Shown: positions 1-6,778 of the stretch, in pieces
Numbering within the stretch: the first letter of the stretch is position 1
Layout of the letters: each line of letters begins with the position of its first letter
From: a virus
Direction: 5' to 3' (one strand)
Length of the DNA: 43,289 nt
UHGV virus genome: UHGV-0212642
Position numbers and translations under genes: made by a program
The notes under the pieces: generated by a model
What the model saw: only the letters and a program-made list of their open reading frames with translations
Databases searched by the model: none
What the model was told of the DNA's origin: nothing

Positions 1-39
1 ATTTTTTTCTATTTTGGTTTAGAACAGGAGAATAATGCA

Positions 40-378
40 ATGAATACTTTTCAAAGAATTCAATATTTAGCTAATAATAAAGGTATGTCTATAGCTGAAT
101 TAGAAAGAAAACTCAATCTATCAAATGGATCAATTGCTCGCTGGAAAAAATCTGCTCCCAGTTCTCGTGGCTTAACAATAATAGCCGACTACTTCGATGT
201 ATCTGTTGACTATTTATTAGGTAGAGAAAAAGATGAATATGCTGGCGAACAAGAAGATGAAGAAATTCGTATCATGCATCGTGGAGTTAAGAATATGACA
301 AAAGAAGATAGAGAAAAAGCATTAAAAATGTTTGAAACTTTCTTCGATAATTGGGACGAATACACTAAAGACAAATAA
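40..378 (+). CDS. XRE-family HTH transcriptional repressor (ImmR/cI-like lysogeny repressor)
   Basis: 112-aa ORF. N-terminal HTH_XRE-like sequence (MSIAELERKLNLSNGSIARWKK). AGGAG RBS at 26-30. First gene of a repressor-immA-int operon, divergent (across the circular junction) from a cro-like gene. Confidence 0.8.
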   Translation: MNTFQRIQYLANNKGMSIAELERKLNLSNGSIARWKKSAPSSRGLTIIADYFDVSVDYLLGREKDEYAGEQEDEEIRIMHRGVKNMTKEDREKALKMFETFFDNWDEYTKDK

Positions 379-1063
379 AGGGGATTTTATTTTGCATTTT
401 GTATATCAAAATTCATTTTTAAAAGCAGCACGAGCTGTAAGTGCATTAATTGAAACTAATTATATAGATGAATTCCCTTTACCTATTAAAGAAATAATAG
501 AGAATGATAGTAATGTGGAATTATTTACTTTTGAAGATTTTTGTAATATGACTGGATACACTTTAAATGAATTACAAACATATGGTGGTTCTGATGAGGC
601 TTTTCATATTAAAAAAGGAAACAAGTTTGCCATTATTTACAATGATGATGTATATCATAGAAGATTACGTTTTACATTAGCACATGAATATGGACACTAC
701 ATTATGGAACATGATGGTATGAGCTATAAGAAAACACCTATATTCCAAGATTCTCAACGTACTTATTTAGAAGAGTATGAAGCCAACTCGTTTGCCTCAT
801 GCCTCTTATTTCCACTTAATATAAGATACAAATATCGTAATGTATTAACTGTTGATGATGCTGCTGATTTATTCAAAATAAGTTATCAAGCAGCAAAGGT
901 CGCACTCGATATCTTTGACGAACACATGGACAGTGGTTTAGAAAATCACATATCTATATTCGAGCATAGGCACATGGAAACTTATATGTCATTTCTTGAT
1001 GAAATGCTCGGTGAACAACTAAAAGAGTATAACCACATAATGAGAGCAGAATACGGTTATTAA
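332..1063 (+). CDS. immA: ImmA/IrrE-family zinc metallopeptidase (anti-repressor protease)
   Basis: HEXXH motif (LAHEYGHYIMEH), typical of COG2856/ImmA, immediately downstream of the XRE repressor. Probable true start is TTG at 392, which has an AAGGGG RBS, rather than ATG at 332, which overlaps the repressor gene by 47 nt. Confidence 0.8.
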   Translation: MKLSSIIGTNTLKTNKGDFILHFVYQNSFLKAARAVSALIETNYIDEFPLPIKEIIENDSNVELFTFEDFCNMTGYTLNELQTYGGSDEAFHIKKGNKFAIIYNDDVYHRRLRFTLAHEYGHYIMEHDGMSYKKTPIFQDSQRTYLEEYEANSFASCLLFPLNIRYKYRNVLTVDDAADLFKISYQAAKVALDIFDEHMDSGLENHISIFEHRHMETYMSFLDEMLGEQLKEYNHIMRAEYGY

Positions 1064-1159
1064 AACTCACTACGGCGATTACTCAATTACGTTTGAGCCG
1101 TTGAGGGTTTTTAGGTTGTATGAGGTGTATTGAATTTATCTATTTTAAGGAGACAATGA

Positions 1160-1342
1160 TTGATAATTTTAAATTGCAAAATAAAATCAAATGAAATTGT
1201 TTACGAAGTTAAAACGAATAAAAATAATTACTTCACCTATTCTTTACCTAAAGATATTACATCTTATAAAGTAAGAAAGGTGCTTAAAATTATTGAGAGT
1301 AAAGTAGATGAAGACGAAGATTATTTAAGCAAAGGAGGTTGA
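1160..1342 (+). CDS. Small hypothetical protein with acidic C-terminus; first gene of the moron cassette and possible partner of the downstream HEPN-like protein
   Basis: 60-aa ORF with TTG start 7 nt after an AAGGAG RBS (1147-1152). Stop lies 3 nt before the next gene's ATG. Acidic tail DEDEDY. No recognisable family. Confidence 0.45.
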   Translation: MIILNCKIKSNEIVYEVKTNKNNYFTYSLPKDITSYKVRKVLKIIESKVDEDEDYLSKGG

Positions 1343-1345
1343 GGG

Positions 1346-2314
1346 ATGGAAAACTTAAGTAAACAATTGGTTGATAAAAGCATCGAGTCTTTTATTTTAG
1401 GTTTAGAAATATATAATAAACCAACTATTAAGTATAGAATCGAAGGCTTTTCATTTTTTATTTGTAACGCCTGGGAATTGATGTTAAAAGCAGAATTATT
1501 GAATCGTGGAGAAAATATTTATTACGAAGACAACCCTGATAGAACAATCAGTTTAAATAACGCTATTAAATTAATTTATCCCGATTATAATACTAGAATA
1601 AGATTAAATTTAGAAAAAATTGTCGATTTGAGAAATATTAGTACTCATTTTATAACCCAGGAATATGAGATCAAGTATGCCCCATTATTCCAAGCGTGTG
1701 TAATGAATTATATTAATGAGACTATGAGATTTCATAGCCAAGATGTTTCTGAAAATATTTCTCAAAATTTTTTAACTATTTCTGCTAGTTACGAACCTTT
1801 ATCTAACGAACAAATAAAGTTGAAATATCCACCAGAAATAGCAGAAAAATTAATTAAAGAGTCTAATGAGGTAGACGTATTAAGTAAAGAGTATAATTCT
1901 GATAAGTTTTCGATTGGTATTAAGCAAAACTTGTATATAACGAAAAGGTCAGAAAATGCTGATTTCACGGTAGCTGTTCATAAAAACTCAGATAATAAAG
2001 TTGATTTTATTAAAGAGTATAAAGACCCATCAGATACACATAAATATTCTTTTAAAAATGTAATAACAGCGGTGAACGAAAGGCTTAAAAAGAAAAATAT
2101 AAATATGGATTATTCTAAGGGCTTCAATCAATATGTACTAAATTTGATAATTGATTTTTATGACATAAAAAACGAGGAAAAATACGCATATAAACACACA
2201 ATAGGAAAACAAGAATCTTTCACTTATTCTCAACAATTTATTGAATTTATTGTTAGTGAAATAAAAAAGAATCCAACAAAATTTGTCGATAGTTTGAGAA
2301 ATAAAAAAAGATAA
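1346..2314 (+). CDS. Hypothetical protein with an Rx4H HEPN-like motif (candidate Abi/toxin-type RNase)
   Basis: 322-aa ORF with GGAGG RBS. N-terminal alpha-helical region contains LRNISTHF, i.e. R-x4-H, the HEPN signature. Very AT-rich. Lies between immA and int, a typical moron position. Confidence 0.5.
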   Translation: MENLSKQLVDKSIESFILGLEIYNKPTIKYRIEGFSFFICNAWELMLKAELLNRGENIYYEDNPDRTISLNNAIKLIYPDYNTRIRLNLEKIVDLRNISTHFITQEYEIKYAPLFQACVMNYINETMRFHSQDVSENISQNFLTISASYEPLSNEQIKLKYPPEIAEKLIKESNEVDVLSKEYNSDKFSIGIKQNLYITKRSENADFTVAVHKNSDNKVDFIKEYKDPSDTHKYSFKNVITAVNERLKKKNINMDYSKGFNQYVLNLIIDFYDIKNEEKYAYKHTIGKQESFTYSQQFIEFIVSEIKKNPTKFVDSLRNKKR

Positions 2315-2443
2315 CCCCAGGCACATAGGAATGCTCAGTGCTTCTGCACCTACCCCATTTTGGGACCCAGCGTTAATCCTTCTCGAGTTATCTTGACTTT
2401 ATTATATGACATTATAGGTAGTAATTCAAGAATTATAATTTTA

Positions 2444-2474
2444 GGGTAGCCCACCTACCCTTATTATTTTTTTA
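2444..2474 (+). terminator. Rho-independent terminator downstream of the HEPN-like gene
   Basis: GGGTAG-cccac-CTACCC hairpin followed by TTATTATTTTTTTA. Confidence 0.5.
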
Positions 2475-2495
2475 CCTTTTTTAGGAGATGAAACA

Positions 2496-3878
2496 ATGAA
2501 AGTAGCGATTTACACAAGAGTAAGTACATTAGAGCAAAGAGAAAAAGGCCATTCTATAGACGAACAAGAACGTAAATTGCGTTCATTTTGCGATATAAAC
2601 GATTGGACAGTTAAAGACGTTTATGTAGATGCTGGATTTTCGGGAGCTAAAAGAGATAGACCGGAATTGACGCGTTTGTTAGATGATATAAGCGAATTTG
2701 ATTTGGTATTAGTTTATAAGTTAGATAGATTGACACGTTCAGTGCGCGACCTTTTGGACTTGTTGGAAGTATTCGAGAATAACAATGTTGCTTTTAGAAG
2801 CGCTACTGAGGTATACGACACAACAACAGCAATAGGTCGGCTGTTTGTAACGTTAGTCGGCGCTATGGCCGAGTGGGAGCGTGAGACAATTAGAGAGCGC
2901 TCTTTAATGGGAAAACGTGCAGCAATTAAAAAAGGTATGATATTAACAGCTCCCCCATTCTACTATGATCGCGTAAACAACACTTATATACCTAATCAGT
3001 ACAAAGATGTTGTGTTAGATGTTTATAACAAAGTTAAAAAAGGTTATAGCATTGCACATATAGCACGTTTATACAACAATTCAGATGTAAAGCCGCCAAA
3101 TGGTAATGAAGAATGGACTACACGCATGTTGATGCACGCACTTAGAAACCCGGTCACACGCGGCCATTATCAGTGGGGAGAAATCTATATCGAAGATAGT
3201 CACGAGCCTATCATAACAGATGAAATGTACAACACAATAATAGATAGATTAGACAAGCACACGAATACTAAAGTAGTAGCGCATACATCTGTTTTTAGAG
3301 GTAAGTTAATTTGTCCTAATTGTGGTTACGCTCTAACGTTAAATTCACAAAAAAGAAAGCGTAAAAATGATACTATTGTTTATAAAACGTATTACTGTAA
3401 CAACTGCAAAATTACAAAAGGAATGAAACCACATCATATTACAGAAACAGAAACATTACGTGTTTTTAAAGATCACTTATCTAAAATAGATTTAAAACAA
3501 TATGAGACACAAGAAAAAGAAAAGCAATCACATGTAACTATCGATTTGTCTAAAGTTATGGAACAACGGAAAAGATACCATAAATTATACGCTAGTGGTA
3601 TGATGCAAGAAAATGAGTTGTTCGAATTAATAAAAGAAACTGATGAGATGATAGAAGAATACGAAAAACAAAGAAAGCAAGTTGATGTAAAAGAGTTTGA
3701 TATTGGTAAAATCAAAGAAATTAAGAATGTGCTATTAAAATCTTGGGATATATTCACATTAGAAGATAAAGCTGACTTTATACAAATGTCTATAAAAGCT
3801 ATTAATATAGAGTACACTAAGTTAAAACGCGGTAAAGCTAGCAATTCGATGAAGATTAAAGATATTGAATTCTATTAA
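2496..3878 (+). CDS. int: Large serine recombinase (phage integrase)
   Basis: 460 aa. N-terminal resolvase catalytic domain (MKVAIYTRVSTLEQ, catalytic Ser10). Recombinase domain, Cys-rich zinc ribbon (CPNCGY...CNNCK) and C-terminal coiled coil. RBS AGGAGATG. Confidence 0.9.
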   Translation: MKVAIYTRVSTLEQREKGHSIDEQERKLRSFCDINDWTVKDVYVDAGFSGAKRDRPELTRLLDDISEFDLVLVYKLDRLTRSVRDLLDLLEVFENNNVAFRSATEVYDTTTAIGRLFVTLVGAMAEWERETIRERSLMGKRAAIKKGMILTAPPFYYDRVNNTYIPNQYKDVVLDVYNKVKKGYSIAHIARLYNNSDVKPPNGNEEWTTRMLMHALRNPVTRGHYQWGEIYIEDSHEPIITDEMYNTIIDRLDKHTNTKVVAHTSVFRGKLICPNCGYALTLNSQKRKRKNDTIVYKTYYCNNCKITKGMKPHHITETETLRVFKDHLSKIDLKQYETQEKEKQSHVTIDLSKVMEQRKRYHKLYASGMMQENELFELIKETDEMIEEYEKQRKQVDVKEFDIGKIKEIKNVLLKSWDIFTLEDKADFIQMSIKAINIEYTKLKRGKASNSMKIKDIEFY

Positions 3879-4334
3879 TTTTGTACGGAAGTAGATACTA
3901 TCTTTCAATATCCATGTTACTTAGTGCCATACAAAAACCACGCTCATAAGAACGTGGCTAGTAGAATATAGTATCGATAAGACGTTATCGTTAGGTATAT
4001 TATAGCATAAAAATAGCCTACTGGGGAACGAATCGCCAGTAGGTAAAACTCCACAACCACTACTATATTTTACATTCGCGACTATAAAATATAGCTTGTA
4101 CGGTTGTGCGCCGTGTTTACAGTTTTCTATCCCACTGTCAAAGTCATAGTCGTATTCATCATTCAGACAAGAATCTACGCCTACTACGGCAAGGTTGATA
4201 AATATATTATAGCATAAAAATACCCATACTCCTAAACTAATAGGTGGTATGGCTTGGGTCGCTATGTATATACACCACATTAACCTCTTGTTTGGTATCT
4301 GTTAACAACTCAGAAAGAGATAATACTTTTAAGG
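3879..4334. other. Probable attP-containing non-coding region between int and the lysis module
   Basis: Position adjacent to the serine integrase. 8-bp inverted repeat CCTACTGG-N11-CCAGTAGG at 4017-4043. 21-bp direct repeat TATATTATAGCATAAAAATA(G/C)CC at 3997-4017 and 4203-4223. The exact crossover site cannot be determined without bacterial attB. Confidence 0.35.
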
Positions 4335-4610
4335 TCAATTATCCTGATAGCCCTTCAAAATGTCGTTTATTTCGTCTTCTGTTTTAATTTTCGTTGCGTT
4401 CACATTTGTTTTATTAATTCTTTTACTTTCGTTAACATCCATTGCATTTAAAAGCTTTTGAGCTGATTTTTGTGTAAATTTATAATCTGTAGTAATACTT
4501 ATTGTAGCCATACTACCCACATCTTTCTTTTGATATAATTGTATTTCTTCATAGTTATGATAATACTTTATATTGTCTGTATGCAATAGAAATGTGTAAT
4601 TTTTTCGCAT
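4335..4610 (-). CDS. Hypothetical protein (moron position between lysis module and attP)
   Basis: 91-aa ORF with weak RBS and no recognisable domain. This location carries accessory genes in many staphylococcal prophages. Confidence 0.3.
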   Translation of the reverse strand: MRKNYTFLLHTDNIKYYHNYEEIQLYQKKDVGSMATISITTDYKFTQKSAQKLLNAMDVNESKRINKTNVNATKIKTEDEINDILKGYQDN

Positions 4611-4660
4611 TTTGTTAAATTCATCTAGTTTTAGTTAAGTTTCTTTAATTTTAATTATAG

Positions 4661-4689
4661 AAAAACCACCCAGTGACATGTGTGGGTGG
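4661..4689 (-). terminator. Rho-independent terminator (second of two after the endolysin)
   Basis: CCACCCA-N10-TGGGTGG hairpin followed, on the - strand, by TTTTT. Confidence 0.5.
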
Positions 4690-4740
4690 TCAAGACTTCA
4701 TGGATTTCGAATGTTTAACATGTAAGTTTATTTTAACATA

Positions 4741-4770
4741 AAAAAATAGGGCAGTCGATAAGACTACCCT
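4741..4770 (-). terminator. Rho-independent terminator immediately after the endolysin stop
   Basis: AGGGTAGTC-ttatc-GACTGCCCT hairpin followed, on the - strand, by TATTTTTTT. Confidence 0.55.
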
Positions 4771-4803
4771 TTCATAATGACGTTGTAAACATATTATAAC
4801 ATA

Positions 4804-6270
4804 TTAACTTATATTTCCCCACAAAACACCCTTGCTATCTGTAGATTTATCCCAAGTTCTGACGGGTAACCATACATTTTTACCATTGTTTGCTGTATAC
4901 GATACCCAAATGTAACCGTCTTGCTTGCATACAGTGTCATAGATAATGCTTTGACCAGCTTGTAAAACTCCGGCTTGCGGACATGAAGTAAATGGCCCTA
5001 TATATCTTGTTCTAATCGCGGTATTGGGTGTAAATGTTGCATGTTCCGCTTTGTAATAAGTACCGTATTGATTTACTTTCCAGCCGTTCGAGTTTGTGCG
5101 CGTGGCAGGTGTAGAAGCACTGCCAGGTTTATTCACAATCGTTGTAGATGTAGGTTGTTTACCGGCCATATAAGCACGAATTTGTTTGATGAAGTAATCT
5201 TTTAACTTCAATCTAGCTTGTTCAGTGATAGAATTGTGTATTGGGTCTAATCCAGCGTGTAACTTCATTGATCTGTGCGGGCATGACGTTTGGCTAAATT
5301 CATTGTGTAAGCGCACAGTATTTCTGTTAGCGGGTAAACCCCATTTTTTGAGCTTCTGCGCTGCAAATTGAAATACTGCTTGTTCATTGGCTAGAAATTC
5401 TTTATCACTAGCGCTTAATGATTGGTTCACTTCTATACCATAGAAATCGTGGTTACCGCTTCCAGGATTGATACCGTCCGCACAATGCCAAGCAATGCGA
5501 CTCTCGTCTATAGCTTCCCAAATACCGTTTCTGTCTGCATATGCGTGAGCAATACCACGCGCTAATCTGTCGTAGTTAGCATTCACTAAACTATTGTAAT
5601 AATTTTGAGAATTTGCTGAACCGGCGTCATTGTGTATGACAACACCATGAGGATTATAGCCGCGTTTGTCCATTGTCCAACCAGTGATGCGTTTTGTATT
5701 TACTTCTATTTTTTTAGTTTTCGTTTTATTTGTTTGAGTAGGAGCTTTTTTTGTTTCTGTTTTTAGCACTTTAAACTCTTTTGCTACTGGAGGTACGATA
5801 AAGTGCGTTAAGCCATAGTAGTTATCCCAACGTAATGTAGGCTTTTTATTAGCATAGCCGTTCCAATTTTGTTCTAAAATTTGGAACGAGTTAGTATTTC
5901 CACCGTTATAAACAATGCCTATGTGCCCGTATTGTGCGTATGTGCCGCTTGTAAATACGGCAATCCAGCCTTTTTGCGGCACTGTTTCTGGCATATTTTC
6001 AATAACTTTCCAACCGGTAGGGAATTTATTGTTAGGGAAGTCTTTAGCGTTGCCCCACGCCTTATATTGGTTATCAGTTAACCAAAGAATATAATCTGTA
6101 GGTAAGTCGGCACATTGTGCATGATAAAAGTGGTCTACATCAACGCAACCGGGTTCCATTGTGCTAAAAGCGGGGTCGTAACTCGTCCATGTTTTCACTC
6201 TATAAGGGCTGTCTACTGTGCCGTTTTTATAAGTGTCTAAACGTGCATTAATTTGTGATTGTGTTTTCAT
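4804..6270 (-). CDS. Endolysin: CHAP peptidase + N-acetylmuramoyl-L-alanine amidase (amidase_2) + SH3b cell-wall-binding domain
   Basis: 488 aa. N-terminal CHAP Cys/His pattern (CADL...GHIGIV). Central amidase_2-like region. C-terminal SH3b-like region (WKVNQYGTYY...). GGAGGAATAACA-ATG RBS. Architecture typical of staphylococcal phage lysins. Confidence 0.9.
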   Translation of the reverse strand: MKTQSQINARLDTYKNGTVDSPYRVKTWTSYDPAFSTMEPGCVDVDHFYHAQCADLPTDYILWLTDNQYKAWGNAKDFPNNKFPTGWKVIENMPETVPQKGWIAVFTSGTYAQYGHIGIVYNGGNTNSFQILEQNWNGYANKKPTLRWDNYYGLTHFIVPPVAKEFKVLKTETKKAPTQTNKTKTKKIEVNTKRITGWTMDKRGYNPHGVVIHNDAGSANSQNYYNSLVNANYDRLARGIAHAYADRNGIWEAIDESRIAWHCADGINPGSGNHDFYGIEVNQSLSASDKEFLANEQAVFQFAAQKLKKWGLPANRNTVRLHNEFSQTSCPHRSMKLHAGLDPIHNSITEQARLKLKDYFIKQIRAYMAGKQPTSTTIVNKPGSASTPATRTNSNGWKVNQYGTYYKAEHATFTPNTAIRTRYIGPFTSCPQAGVLQAGQSIIYDTVCKQDGYIWVSYTANNGKNVWLPVRTWDKSTDSKGVLWGNIS

Positions 6271-6272
6271 TG

Positions 6273-6722
6273 TTATTCCTCCACTAACGCTTTTTCGTCT
6301 GAATTGTCGCGTTCTTCTTCTGGTACATCTGTGTAGTGACCGCCACTTTTTGCGTCATCGACTGCGACTTCATCGTCATCATCTGAAAATGGTTCTGTTG
6401 TGTCGTATGTTTTTGGAGTTAATGCGCTAGGTACAGTTGTTTCAGATTTAAATTGAACCGGATGTGTATCCTCGTTTCTAGGTTTATTCAATTGCATGTC
6501 TAAGCCAGCGTCAGAGACGCCTTTTGTGTTTGGATTAGTGATAATACCCAAGCCGGCCAGAAGCGTTAAAATAGTACCTACAATGCCGCTTACGGCCTCC
6601 AATTGTTGTGAGATATCTACACCAAAAATTTCAGCAATTTGTTTTGCCAATAAAAAAAGCGTTCCAATCAAAGCTGATAGGGTCGCCTTATTTTTAAGTC
6701 TGTTTATCCAATTAATTTTCAT
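6273..6722 (-). CDS. Holin (phi11/phage_holin_1 type)
   Basis: 149 aa with two predicted TM helices. N-terminus closely resembles the phi11 holin (MKINWINRLKNKATLSALIGTLFLL...). Highly acidic C-terminus. Stop 3 nt before the endolysin start. Confidence 0.85.
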   Translation of the reverse strand: MKINWINRLKNKATLSALIGTLFLLAKQIAEIFGVDISQQLEAVSGIVGTILTLLAGLGIITNPNTKGVSDAGLDMQLNKPRNEDTHPVQFKSETTVPSALTPKTYDTTEPFSDDDDEVAVDDAKSGGHYTDVPEEERDNSDEKALVEE

Positions 6723-6778
6723 TTAATTATCTCCTTTTGAGTAAAATAAAAAGCCGACCCGTATAGGTCAGCTTGAAA

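Noticed and set aside
2138-2326. 62-aa ORF antisense to the 3' end of the HEPN-like gene
   Set aside because: Hydrophobic low-complexity translation of AT-rich antisense DNA. No start signals.
3937-3958. CCACG-N10-CGTGG hairpin after the int stop
   Set aside because: Only a 5-bp stem and no adjacent T-run on the + strand. Weak.
3921-4280. 119-aa ORF on the - strand across the int-lysis intergenic region
   Set aside because: Spans the direct and inverted repeats of the putative att region. No RBS, odd composition. More likely non-coding.
5881-6726. Short + strand ORFs antisense to the endolysin and holin
   Set aside because: Fully embedded in well-supported genes on the other strand, without RBS.
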